From: a virus
Length of the DNA stretch: 43,307 nucleotides
Direction: 5' to 3' (one strand)
IMG/VR virus record: IMGVR_UViG_3300045988_156495
Location: 1 to 43,307 of that record
The position numbers and the translations under genes were made by a program. Shown in pieces: positions 16,391 to 25,387 of this stretch; position 1 is the stretch's first letter, and the number at the start of each line of letters is the position of its first letter. Under the pieces are notes generated by a model that was given only the letters and a program-made list of their open reading frames with translations, was not told the DNA's origin and did no database searches.

Positions 16391-18367
16391 TTATAGCCAC
16401 GCCTCCCTTATCTCGACTTCACATGCAAATGGTTGTGCCCAGCTCGAGGGCGTGATAGCAATCTTTGTATCACCTGGTGGTAACTTGAATTGTTCCCACT
16501 GGTTGCCGATCGTGTGCATAGTCGGGTCAAGAGAACCATTCAAGTACGTCTTAGCGTTCGCCACATCAATCTTGAGAACATCACCATTGCTAAATCGATT
16601 CTTGATATTCGTATACCAGCTAACATTTTGCCATTTTACGGTGGACGCAATCAGATACATGGTTGATTCGCCCCACGTCTTGTCACGCATGAACCACGTG
16701 GAAAATTGCTTGGTCTCAACATCGGCAGCGTCCGCAAAGGTAAACTGGCGAGTAATAGTCGTCTCTCGTCCTTGATTGCCAACCCATGGTGACACTCGGA
16801 AAACAACTGAATTACCAAATTTCTGTAATTCCAACTGAATGAACTTGTCGTTAGTGAAAATGCTACGATCAAGCTGTTCATTGACGACTAGTTGGCCTTT
16901 GTAGTAGCACATCCACCAAAGCTGATCGGACAATGCGCTATTATCCTTCAGTATCATCTGAAAAATTGGCTTACCGTCACTCTCTAACGTTGTTTCGAGC
17001 GCACCTACCTGTGCTACCCCAGTTTGGAAGCGTGTCATAACGTCCCATGTGAGATTGCTCTTGAAGTTACCGTTATGCGTCTGGACGAGATTGTGCTTGA
17101 TTGAAGGACCGTTCCAATACTTGTGGTCGCCAGTAATACTGGGCCAATTAGGTTCAACCTTCCAGCCATCATAATCGTCATGAGTCCAAATCGCATTGCC
17201 AATCTGTTCATTAGGCATACTAGGATCACCACCCCAATAGGGATTGTTTGTGGCGGCTTGATTATCCATATGTGAGCCTTGCACGGCGGCTAAGTTAAGT
17301 GCTACTTCGCTTTCTTCGGTGGTGAAACCATCTATTTCTTGCGTGCCAAATTGGAGAATACCCGGGCGATCATTGACAATCCCAACCATGCCGTTATCAG
17401 CGTGCATAGTTGCCGTAATAACTGGCTCAACAGGATAAGTGCCACCATTGTGTACCGTGATGGTGTTGGTATAATATTCAGGATCAGCTGGGTTAGGCGA
17501 CCATGGAGAAGGAACAGTCCCCGCTTCAAGCTTTGCTTCTTTGTATCCATATGATCCAAATGCTGAAGTGCCATGGTTGAATGTGTAAACCGTTTGGCAC
17601 TTGATATTTGCATATTTGCTGTCTGTTGTCACTTTGACAATGCTATATCCACTAGTACCAGCCGATATAGTATTGCCTTTTGCCCATACAATTTGACTAC
17701 CACTAGAATCTGAACAGTCCAATTTTGCGCATGCATCAAAAGTGGGATTATCAATCCAAACTCTGAAGCAATAGTTTGTATTTTTTTCTGGTACGATACT
17801 TCCAAAAACATGTTCACCCCAGACATCTACCGTTGTTACTGCTAGCTGATTACTTGTCCCCGTCAACAAATTTACTGGCACGTCCTTGTATGGCATATTG
17901 TCAGCCGTCTGCGTGGCTACCGAGTGCGCAATGCCATCGGGAACAAATAAAGTGAACGAAGATGTGATTGCATTTCTGCCCTTAGGAACATCATCAACAT
18001 CTGTGAGCACGGCATTCCAGTACACAGACAAGTCATCATTGAACGAAACCTGATGAGTGTCACCGTGCAAGATGCCACTTAGCTTATAGAAGGCAGCGCG
18101 AAACGACTTTTCATCAGCTGCTATAAGCTGATATCCAACAGTGATTTCCCGAGATGGGTTTCGTACATACTCCAGCATTTCGCCATCAGATATTCCTATA
18201 GGATTGCTTTTAGCGTCTTGTTTAAGAAGCTCACGCCCTCCGACCTGAAGTGTTTGATAACCAGGAATCAGATCTTCGATATACTGGCCATCAATTTTCA
18301 TTGCCTCAGCTGGGTACTGTTTCTTATCTGCACCCGTGAAGGGCGTCGTTTCTCTGAAATCGTACAA
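16391..18367 (-). CDS. Distal tail protein (evolved Dit with a large insertion)
   Basis: Lies between the tape measure and Tal genes. The N-terminus MYDFRETTPFTG...IPGYQTLQVGGREL is typical of siphovirus Dit / phage tail family proteins. At 658 aa it is about 2.5 times the size of a minimal Dit. Confidence 0.7.
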   Translation of the reverse strand: MYDFRETTPFTGADKKQYPAEAMKIDGQYIEDLIPGYQTLQVGGRELLKQDAKSNPIGISDGEMLEYVRNPSREITVGYQLIAADEKSFRAAFYKLSGILHGDTHQVSFNDDLSVYWNAVLTDVDDVPKGRNAITSSFTLFVPDGIAHSVATQTADNMPYKDVPVNLLTGTSNQLAVTTVDVWGEHVFGSIVPEKNTNYCFRVWIDNPTFDACAKLDCSDSSGSQIVWAKGNTISAGTSGYSIVKVTTDSKYANIKCQTVYTFNHGTSAFGSYGYKEAKLEAGTVPSPWSPNPADPEYYTNTITVHNGGTYPVEPVITATMHADNGMVGIVNDRPGILQFGTQEIDGFTTEESEVALNLAAVQGSHMDNQAATNNPYWGGDPSMPNEQIGNAIWTHDDYDGWKVEPNWPSITGDHKYWNGPSIKHNLVQTHNGNFKSNLTWDVMTRFQTGVAQVGALETTLESDGKPIFQMILKDNSALSDQLWWMCYYKGQLVVNEQLDRSIFTNDKFIQLELQKFGNSVVFRVSPWVGNQGRETTITRQFTFADAADVETKQFSTWFMRDKTWGESTMYLIASTVKWQNVSWYTNIKNRFSNGDVLKIDVANAKTYLNGSLDPTMHTIGNQWEQFKLPPGDTKIAITPSSWAQPFACEVEIREAWL

Positions 18368-21300
18368 TTAGACTAGCCCCTTTCGATAATTGCTTACCTT
18401 TGTCAAACGATTAAGCTCTGTTTGCATTGGGTTTGCGGTTGCACGAGCAACCTCTCGGCCGTCAATGTACAGAGGAACCTCAATCGTTTGCTTGCGAGTG
18501 TAGTTGACATCAAGATTTGAAGATAAGGTTGCACCCTGTACACTGTTATTAAGCGACTGTAATGATGCATCAAAGGGAGAAGTATTCACTGCCGGCATCG
18601 TAACTGCAGCGCTATCAGCAATAGCTTGTGCCATGCTAGAAACATTCCTTTGGACGTCTGAGAACTTGTCAGTAAGCCCTGCATTCAAGCCGTTCATGAT
18701 GGCGTTACCAGCAGGTATGAGCAACTTGGCATCGTAGCTGATTGGGCCTTTATGCTTGCGAATCCAATCAGCAATTCCACCAACAAACTTCTTGATGCCT
18801 TCCCAGACTTTCTTAAGCCCCTTAAAGAAACTGTCCATGATTGCTTTACCAGCAGCCATTAAATCAATGTGTCTAAGCGCATCGAAGGCTCCTTTGATAC
18901 CGCTAACCACACCATTTACCATGCCAGTAAAACCAGACCATACAGCCTTAGCACCATTAAAAATACTAGTAGCAGCTCCAATCACAATAGACTGTATGTT
19001 GTTCCAAGCTGATGAAAAGAATGATGTAATGCTATTCCACAATCCGGAAAAGAATCCGGGAAGCGCGTTCCAAATTCCCTCGGCTGTGCTGACCGTTCCG
19101 CTCCATAGTCCTGATAAGAATGAAGCAATACCATTCCATACGCCCTCGGTGGTAGACACAATACCATTCCATAATCCGCTAAAAAATGACGAAAGCGCAT
19201 TCCAAATAGCGGAAGCAGCAGATACAGCACCATTCCAAAGCCCCTCTAAAGCTGAAACCAAAGTATTCCAAACGGTTATTGCATAAGTTTGAATAAGGCT
19301 CCAAATACCGGAGAAATACGTAACAAGACCATTCCAGATCTGCCCAGCGGCAGAAACAATGCTAGTCCAGATCAGCTGGAGATCAGCGCCTAGCTGTGTC
19401 CAATTTAAAGTAAGCAAATCAATGACAATAAGAATTGGACCCATGATAACTGCTTTAAGCATGTTCCAAACACCGGTAGCAACTTGGACAATCCCATTCC
19501 AAATTGTCGTCAGAGAACCGCCAAAGGTTGACCATATAGCAGTGGCTACTGCAACTATTCCATTCCACAGAGTCGTGAAGAACGTGGATAGCACGTTCCA
19601 AACTGTTGTTGCTGCAGTAACAGCACCTTGCCAGATAGCTGAGAGAATGGTTGTGAATGCAGTCCAAGAAGCTGATGCCGTGGTAGTAATCCCAGTCCAT
19701 AGATTGCTGAAGAAACCTGTAATGCCGCCCCAAGCCGTCTGAATGCCGCTAATTGCAGATGTAAACGCACCCGATATAGCATTCCAAACAGTTTGTGCAA
19801 CTCCTACAAGTCCTTGCCAAGCTCCTTGTAACCACGAAACAAATCCCGACCATAGTTTTTGGCCAGTCTTGGTTTGGGTGAAAAAGTACACCAGACCAGA
19901 AATCACTGCTGCAATCCCAGCAATCAAAAGTACCCACGGATTCATGCCTAAGATCAATCCAAACGCTTTCCATACACCACCAGCCGTTTTTACGATAGTC
20001 CCGAAGTTAGTGATAACGGATATAACGCCTCGAATAGGGCCAATCATTTTAGAAAAAACACCGAGAACGCTTGAAAATCCGCCGATGGCTAATCCAATTA
20101 CTTTGAAGGCCCCGACAGCTCCAAAGATTGCCGCAGCAAATGATTTAACGATGTCGTTAGCAAACGCTGCTTTAACAATAGCTGCGAATGGCTTCAAAAC
20201 AGCTACCACTCCGCTTAGAGCGACCTTAACACCGTCAAAAATTGCTTTCCACGGTAAATTAGCAATAAAGTTCCCAACGGTAGTCATCGCTTCCATTGCT
20301 ACTACTCCGAAATCTGTAACAGCTTGTTTGATTCCGTTAAATAGTCCCGACATTTGCCCATTACCAAATGCCGAATTAAAAGCATCTCCGACCTTTTGAG
20401 CAATACTAATTAGATTGACAAATGCAACATTGACTAAGCTACCAACTAAGCTCCAAATTGTTTGTAAAACGGATCCGACTCCTTGGAGAACGGAACTTAG
20501 CCCGCTCATCGAGTCGCCCTTCCCCAAGCTGCTTAGTTGTGTCTTAATATTCAAAATCAATGCCGAAAACGGAGAAAAGAAGCGACCAATTGAAGCAAGA
20601 ACTGAATCGAAGTTCATGGCTCCGATCTTATCAATAATGCCGCTAATAGCTCCGATAGCGATTTTAGACATTGCCTGCCAAGCAGGCTGAAGCTTGTTTG
20701 CCAGTGTTTCCTGAAGGCCGTCCATTGCCTCCCCGACTGTCTTGTAACTCGTGGCCATCTTCTGGAAAGCCTTGCTGTTGCCTGCCTTTTCGATACCATC
20801 GAAGAACTGCTGCGTGCTTACTTTGCCGTTTTGAACATTCTGAACTAGTTCTTTGGTGCTCATGCCCATTGCTTTAGCAACGGCTGCCATGCCTGCCGGA
20901 GTCTGTTCAAGCATTAGACGAAAATCAGCCCACTGCACCATTGGCTTAGCAGCCATTTGTGTGCCTTGTTCCATCAATGTCTTCATGGCTTGCTTGGGAT
21001 TATCTGTAGCAGCAGCTAGGCCACCCATACCTTTAACAAGGCGGCCAACTCCTTTTACACCTACTGATGCAAACTGTGCATAGGCAGAAGCCATGTCAGA
21101 TGAACTGTAAATGGTCTTCTGAGCATATGATTGCAACGACTTTTCAATTGAGGAAATCTGTGCAGGCGTCTTACCCAGAAACTTCATATTACTCTCAAAC
21201 GTCTGCCAAGCTTTGCTTGATTCGTCTAGTTCTCCTACCATGCTTCTCACACCATCGCCAATAGCCCCTACCACTTTGGTAAGTCCTATAGCTCCAGCAA

Positions 21301-21457
21301 TTTTGCTCACGGTTGATACAAAATTACCCGCTGGCTTTGTCGACTTTTCAAAGCTATCACCGACCTTTGACGCAGAACTCGCGATATTCTTAAAAGTCCC
21401 CGAAAAGTTGCGGTCAACGGCGGATAAAATTGCTTCAACACTAAAACTGTCAGCCAT
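18368..21457 (-). CDS. Tape measure protein
   Basis: 1029 aa, Ala/Gly-rich and helical, with many periodic W-N-x repeats (TVWNAISG, TLWNGIVA, GLWNGAVS ...). Lies immediately after the G/G-T chaperone genes. Confidence 0.9.
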   Translation of the reverse strand: MADSFSVEAILSAVDRNFSGTFKNIASSASKVGDSFEKSTKPAGNFVSTVSKIAGAIGLTKVVGAIGDGVRSMVGELDESSKAWQTFESNMKFLGKTPAQISSIEKSLQSYAQKTIYSSSDMASAYAQFASVGVKGVGRLVKGMGGLAAATDNPKQAMKTLMEQGTQMAAKPMVQWADFRLMLEQTPAGMAAVAKAMGMSTKELVQNVQNGKVSTQQFFDGIEKAGNSKAFQKMATSYKTVGEAMDGLQETLANKLQPAWQAMSKIAIGAISGIIDKIGAMNFDSVLASIGRFFSPFSALILNIKTQLSSLGKGDSMSGLSSVLQGVGSVLQTIWSLVGSLVNVAFVNLISIAQKVGDAFNSAFGNGQMSGLFNGIKQAVTDFGVVAMEAMTTVGNFIANLPWKAIFDGVKVALSGVVAVLKPFAAIVKAAFANDIVKSFAAAIFGAVGAFKVIGLAIGGFSSVLGVFSKMIGPIRGVISVITNFGTIVKTAGGVWKAFGLILGMNPWVLLIAGIAAVISGLVYFFTQTKTGQKLWSGFVSWLQGAWQGLVGVAQTVWNAISGAFTSAISGIQTAWGGITGFFSNLWTGITTTASASWTAFTTILSAIWQGAVTAATTVWNVLSTFFTTLWNGIVAVATAIWSTFGGSLTTIWNGIVQVATGVWNMLKAVIMGPILIVIDLLTLNWTQLGADLQLIWTSIVSAAGQIWNGLVTYFSGIWSLIQTYAITVWNTLVSALEGLWNGAVSAASAIWNALSSFFSGLWNGIVSTTEGVWNGIASFLSGLWSGTVSTAEGIWNALPGFFSGLWNSITSFFSSAWNNIQSIVIGAATSIFNGAKAVWSGFTGMVNGVVSGIKGAFDALRHIDLMAAGKAIMDSFFKGLKKVWEGIKKFVGGIADWIRKHKGPISYDAKLLIPAGNAIMNGLNAGLTDKFSDVQRNVSSMAQAIADSAAVTMPAVNTSPFDASLQSLNNSVQGATLSSNLDVNYTRKQTIEVPLYIDGREVARATANPMQTELNRLTKVSNYRKGLV

Positions 21458-21926
21458 GTGCTCCCTCCTTTCTTTCAGATAACGGAATGATTTTGCCTTC
21501 GCGCTTCAACCGCTCAAATTCGGCCATCCGTTTTGCGAACACTTGAGCTCTCGTTTGTTTGAGCTCGGTTGTGCTCATCTGTGATACTTCATAATTGGGC
21601 TCATAATTTGATCGCACGTTATCAATAGCTGCTTTCTTATCAAAGAAATCATCAAATGTCTTGAACTTCGGCTTAGGATTCTTGCTCCCAGTTGTTGCCT
21701 GTACTTGCTGGTTCATCCATGCTTGCTGTGCAATCTCGTTCTGCCTGTCGACTTGCTTAAGCTGGTAGGCTTCCATACGCAGTTCGTATTCAACAAGCGT
21801 CATGCGCTCAATTTTCCAAATATCAGAAAAGCCTAGATAGGCAAATGCGTTTAACAAAATTTCGTGATACGTTTCTTCACTACTCTTTTGAACGCTTTCG
21901 TCCTCATCTAGGCCTTCATGTTTTTT
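21450..21926 (-). CDS. Tail assembly chaperone, -1 frame (gpT-like) part of the G-T fusion
   Basis: This frame is open from the slip site at 21926..21920 down to the stop at 21450. A -1 shift reads ...KKHEGLDEDESVQKSSEETYHEILLNAFAYLGF.... It overlaps the tape measure start. Confidence 0.7.
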   Translation of the reverse strand, partial: KKHEGLDEDESVQKSSEETYHEILLNAFAYLGFSDIWKIERMTLVEYELRMEAYQLKQVDRQNEIAQQAWMNQQVQATTGSKNPKPKFKTFDDFFDKKAAIDNVRSNYEPNYEVSQMSTTELKQTRAQVFAKRMAEFERLKREGKIIPLSERKEGAHG

Positions 21927-22240
21927 GCTACTGCTTTTACTGCGTTAGCGCTGTTCATTTCATCTATAACTTGCTTAAATAGCGAATCTAAGTCTGTGTT
22001 GCTGTCAATAAAGTCATCGACTTCGTTAGCTGATGGACGTTTCTTAGATGCCACGGTGGCTGAATAAATGGTGTCTGCTAAAACAGCAGCATCGTATGCA
22101 TTCAAACCAGCTAGCGCCTTTGCAACACCCATGCCAAAGTTAATACCATGCATGACTGCGCCCATATTCTTATCCATTTCTCGAACAAAGCGGACACCAA
22201 AGTTGAGTTCGTACTCTTTACCATTAATGGTTAATTGCAT
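21908..22240 (-). CDS. Tail assembly chaperone (gpG-like)
   Basis: 110 aa, between the major tail protein and the tape measure. Slippery site at its 3' end. Confidence 0.75.
   Translation of the reverse strand: MQLTINGKEYELNFGVRFVREMDKNMGAVMHGINFGMGVAKALAGLNAYDAAVLADTIYSATVASKKRPSANEVDDFIDSNTDLDSLFKQVIDEMNSANAVKAVAKNMKA
21920..21926 (-). promoter_or_regulatory. Programmed -1 ribosomal frameshift heptamer A_AAA_AAC
   Basis: Zero frame: GCA AAA AAC ATG AAG GCC TAG. The heptamer lies 3 codons before the gpG stop. The -1 frame continues for about 155 codons. Confidence 0.7.
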
Positions 22241-22262
22241 GATTTAAAACCCTTTCTTTTAA

Positions 22263-22335
22263 AGCCGCCCGGGTTTCACCCGTACTGTGACTTTCTTGGG
22301 CGACTTGCATCAATTAATTAAACGTGCGAAGTGGT
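22263..22335 (-). repeat. Conserved 3'-end element, copy A (spans the major tail protein stop codon)
   Basis: 73 nt sharing identical blocks with 25315..25387: agccgcccgg, ccgtactgt, ggcgactt, aattaaacgtgcgaagtggt. As RNA, AGUCGCC pairs with GGCGGCU and encloses a CGGGU-GAA-ACCCG hairpin. Confidence 0.8.
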
Positions 22336-22920
22336 TGTGGTGGTGGTAGTAGTTGTTGTTTCGCTCGTACCTGGGTCTTTATCAGAATCCCACTTGACAC
22401 CACCGCCGGTACTATCAAGGCTAGTGACCTTGCCGACTCCAAGGAATACGTAATCTACCTGTTCCTGAGTTTCCTCATCGAGAGTTGTCCATCCGCGTTT
22501 AGGCGTGCCATTAACTGAGAATGTGACATCGCGAGTAGAGTGATCATCAGGGTCATTGTCGCTGCTGTCTTCTTGAACGGTAACTTGCATGTACCATGCG
22601 TAATACTTGCCAGCGGAATTCTTACGCTTGCGGTAGAGAATCCAAAAGTCGAGCAATTCGCCGTCAAACAGTGAATCGTACATTACGTCTGCAATTGCAG
22701 CCGTGTTGTTCAGGAACTCGACTTCGAGATCGGTACTTGCGGAACTACGAGTTGCTACATTGCCGTCCTTGGTAACAGTGGAATCACTGTCAACAGACGG
22801 ATCAAAGGACAGCGAAGTCTGCCAAGGGATAATTTGGCCGCCAACCTTTGCTTGATCGCTATGCTTGCGAGCCAAGGCAACAACGTCCATGCCTTCTAGC
22901 ACTTTTAATTCATTTGCCAT
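22318..22920 (-). CDS. Major tail protein with a C-terminal (Thr)10-Ser-His-Val tail
   Basis: 200 aa, located after the tail terminator and before the chaperones. Ends ...DPGTSETTTTTTTTTTSHV. Confidence 0.75.
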   Translation of the reverse strand: MANELKVLEGMDVVALARKHSDQAKVGGQIIPWQTSLSFDPSVDSDSTVTKDGNVATRSSASTDLEVEFLNNTAAIADVMYDSLFDGELLDFWILYRKRKNSAGKYYAWYMQVTVQEDSSDNDPDDHSTRDVTFSVNGTPKRGWTTLDEETQEQVDYVFLGVGKVTSLDSTGGGVKWDSDKDPGTSETTTTTTTTTTSHV

Positions 22921-22931
22921 GTGATGGCCTC

Positions 22932-23336
22932 CTATAAAATATTTAGATTGAGTATCAGCGTGGCTCGGTTGAGAACCGTGTCAGGGACACTCTGGTCTTG
23001 TGTGAACTCTTTTGATTGGTCTTCTACACGTCCATAGAATCGGTAGTCATCGGTTAGCACTTGTCCAATCGCGGCACGAAAAAAGCGCTCCGCCATATCA
23101 GATACGGTGAAACGCTGCTTTTTGTCGCCCCAGATGTCGATGGTGATTAGCACATTACCATTGAGTGACGTCTTTGTTGCAGTAGGAATAACTTGAATAT
23201 CGCCAACAATGACGAAGGGATATGGGGCGTTCTCCTGCTGCATGGGCAAATGGTCATAGGTCTTGTACCCAGACGATTGCGAGAAAGCATAGAAGTAGTC
23301 GTAGAGTTCTTGCTCTGGTGATGTGATTTGAATCAC
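22932..23336 (-). CDS. Tail terminator / tail completion protein (DUF3168-like)
   Basis: 134 aa, immediately upstream of the major tail protein in the conserved siphovirus order. Confidence 0.55.
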   Translation of the reverse strand: MIQITSPEQELYDYFYAFSQSSGYKTYDHLPMQQENAPYPFVIVGDIQVIPTATKTSLNGNVLITIDIWGDKKQRFTVSDMAERFFRAAIGQVLTDDYRFYGRVEDQSKEFTQDQSVPDTVLNRATLILNLNIL

Positions 23337-23744
23337 CTACTTTGCTGCTTGTTTAAGCTGATTAATAAACTGAACCTTTTGATAAAGGAATGCAGGCTTC
23401 AATACAGGACGTGCCCGCATGAAACGGGTCCCTTTTTCGGTGTACGGATTGTATTCTTGCGTCATCGCTACGATACCGGACAACCCCGAATCAGTAATTG
23501 CTACCTTGATGCCACGCTTTGTGGCACCGGTTGGTTTGACAAGAACGCGTCCTTTTCCCTTAGCCCACTCATAGTGGCCTGTATACACGGTGCCGGCCAT
23601 TTGCTGAGAACGCATCTGGAGCTGTGCAGTCTGCTGCTTAACGATTTGCTTGACAACGTCCATCTTCGCTCGCTTCAGCAGACCAGCAACCAGTTTGTCC
23701 ATGCCCTTTATCTGCATATTGTAGCTAATGCTAGCTTTGCTCAT
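23337..23744 (-). CDS. HK97 gp10-family head-tail joining protein
   Basis: 135 aa. MSKASISYNMQIKGMDKL...MTQEYNPYTEKGTRFMRARPVLKPAF resembles the HK97 gp10 family. Confidence 0.6.
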   Translation of the reverse strand: MSKASISYNMQIKGMDKLVAGLLKRAKMDVVKQIVKQQTAQLQMRSQQMAGTVYTGHYEWAKGKGRVLVKPTGATKRGIKVAITDSGLSGIVAMTQEYNPYTEKGTRFMRARPVLKPAFLYQKVQFINQLKQAAK

Positions 23745-24043
23745 TTCGTCTCACCCACAATCAAAGTGGCATTTTGAAGCGGGACACGGTCAGTATTGAG
23801 GGCATAATGAGTCGCTTCATCGTCAATCGTTAAATAGCTCCAATTGACGGTGATCGGCTCAGCTAAACGGATTACTTTTGCCTTTTGAGCATAGTTTCCG
23901 AATAGCTGAACACTCTTGTCGGTTCCCGTGTCGGTGACACTGGCAACAGCGGTGGCAACCTTTTTCACATCACCGTATTGATGTGTTTGCGGATTATATT
24001 CTTCATCATCAAGCCAGAATGTAACCTCATGATCTAACCGCAT
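23741..24043 (-). CDS. Head closure / head-tail adaptor protein
   Basis: 100 aa from the ATG at 24043, with RBS AGAGGTGA upstream. Assigned by position in the connector module. The track ORF extends unrealistically upstream to 24193. Confidence 0.55.
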   Translation of the reverse strand: MRLDHEVTFWLDDEEYNPQTHQYGDVKKVATAVASVTDTGTDKSVQLFGNYAQKAKVIRLAEPITVNWSYLTIDDEATHYALNTDRVPLQNATLIVGETK

Positions 24044-24047
24044 ATGA

Positions 24048-24422
24048 TCACCTCTTTGGATAGCCAGAAATGAAGCTAACGGTCCCAAGAGACTTGGCAT
24101 TCTTCCCGTTGGCTTCTTTCCAATCATTGATGTCGTCAGCAAAATCATCGAAGTCATTAGACTTGAACGTGAACGACTGCCCCTCCTGCTCATAAGACGT
24201 CATGCCTTCGTTCTTACGCCGGTTATATCGTCGCACGCAGACTTCCAAGGCAATGTAGGCTAACTCATCAGGAAAGGCCTCATCTGTCCGCAAACCGAGC
24301 TTAAATCGCAAGGCTTGCGTCGTATTTTTGATAATGAGGTTAAGCACATCATCCTGTGTATCAGTTTTGATTTCCATCATCGTCTTCAAATCTGCAAGTT
24401 TTATTGGATCGCTTTCTGCCAT
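24048..24422 (-). CDS. gp6-like head-tail connector protein
   Basis: 124 aa. MAESDPIKLADLKTMMEIKTDTQDDVLNLIIKNTTQAL is typical of the phage gp6-like connector (DNA-packaging) family. Its ATG shares one nt with the upstream TGA (TGATG). Confidence 0.6.
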   Translation of the reverse strand: MAESDPIKLADLKTMMEIKTDTQDDVLNLIIKNTTQALRFKLGLRTDEAFPDELAYIALEVCVRRYNRRKNEGMTSYEQEGQSFTFKSNDFDDFADDINDWKEANGKNAKSLGTVSFISGYPKR

Positions 24423-25300
24423 CACTTCACCGCCTTTATTGCTTGAGCGTACTTGTATGAGCACTTCAACTTATCAACGAAGCTAAGGTCATCACCAAAC
24501 GGGACTCGATCGGTGTACTTGCCCTTAAAGAAAAGATCATGCATATCACCGGTAACACCAGCATTGTGCATGATCTTGGTTTCACTCCATCGTTTCACGG
24601 GATCAGTTGGCCAACAAAAATCGAGCTCATCACTGATGACGGGCCCGATGTTGAAGTACATCATATTCCATAACTGCGACCACATTTCAGCGGTCCATTT
24701 CTGGATGTTGCTGTCGACCGTTTGCAGGTATTGCCACAGTCGGTTGCTGTCGGCATACACCTTCCGCCAGTATTCAGCTGACGGGTGACTGATGATCCAT
24801 TGAGCACCACCAGAATTATGGTTAATCGTTTCAAGCGAAGCCAACGTGACTCCGACAATATCAGCCATGCGTTTCAGGATTTCTTCTCCATGTTCGCATT
24901 GCTTGATATAGTCAACGCTGATATAGCTAAGCGTGTTACTACACAGCCAGCGATCAGGCTTTGCTTTCAGCTTGCGAAAGTCTGGCCGTTTACGGAAGAT
25001 GACGTCACTATCAAAGTAGAAATAGTCCTCGTTCTCACGTTCGGGGTCTTCAGCTAGATATTGCCACCAAAGCCAAGGCTTCACAGAGGGGATATACTGC
25101 TTGTTTGCGCGCTTGTCGGTATACGTGTGTACTTCTACTCCGTATTTACTAGAAAGCGTTTCTGGCACCTTAGAATCATGCACAGTGAAGAGCAAAACGA
25201 CATCTTTCATGTCAAACCCGACACTTTGCAGATTGGTTAGGCAGACTTCCAACTCCCATTCAAAACGTTTAATGGCCGGCTGACATAAAATAAGCTTCAT
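24422..25300 (-). CDS. Putative GT-A-type glycosyltransferase embedded in the head operon
   Basis: 292 aa from the ATG at 25300 (GGAGGA RBS). Rossmann-like start KLILCQP. Acidic DxD motif in YFYFDSDVIF. W-rich and enzyme-like, with no resemblance to structural proteins. Its stop overlaps the connector gene start. Confidence 0.45.
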   Translation of the reverse strand: MKLILCQPAIKRFEWELEVCLTNLQSVGFDMKDVVLLFTVHDSKVPETLSSKYGVEVHTYTDKRANKQYIPSVKPWLWWQYLAEDPERENEDYFYFDSDVIFRKRPDFRKLKAKPDRWLCSNTLSYISVDYIKQCEHGEEILKRMADIVGVTLASLETINHNSGGAQWIISHPSAEYWRKVYADSNRLWQYLQTVDSNIQKWTAEMWSQLWNMMYFNIGPVISDELDFCWPTDPVKRWSETKIMHNAGVTGDMHDLFFKGKYTDRVPFGDDLSFVDKLKCSYKYAQAIKAVK

Positions 25301-25314
25301 TCTGTCCTCCAATC

Positions 25315-25387
25315 AGCCGCCCGGTTTCCCGTACTGTCCTATTTCGATAGGCGACTTAGATCAAATCAATTAAACGTGCGAAGTGGT
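25315..25387 (-). repeat. Conserved 3'-end element, copy B (spans the major capsid protein stop codon)
   Basis: See 22263..22335. Same AGUCGCC...GGCGGCU outer stem, with an inner CGG-GAAA-CCG hairpin. Confidence 0.8.

Noticed and set aside
18504-21482. Many plus-strand ORFs of 60-218 aa (for example 18756..19286 and 19743..20399)
   Set aside because: They lie entirely antisense to the 1029-aa tape measure gene, lack RBSs and have low-complexity translations. They are shadow ORFs produced by biased codon composition.
22241-22320. A -1 frameshift C-terminal extension of the major tail and capsid proteins, as known for Lactobacillus phage A2 (also considered at 25301..25372)
   Set aside because: The spacers downstream of both stop codons are only 69-77 nt and no alternative frame stays open across them. 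There is therefore no room for an extended isoform.
22330-22359. The poly-Thr run as a sequencing or assembly artefact (also 25382..25402)
   Set aside because: The runs use mixed ACA/ACT/ACC codons, are in frame, and occur in two genes with the same SHV ending. That pattern argues for genuine coding sequence.
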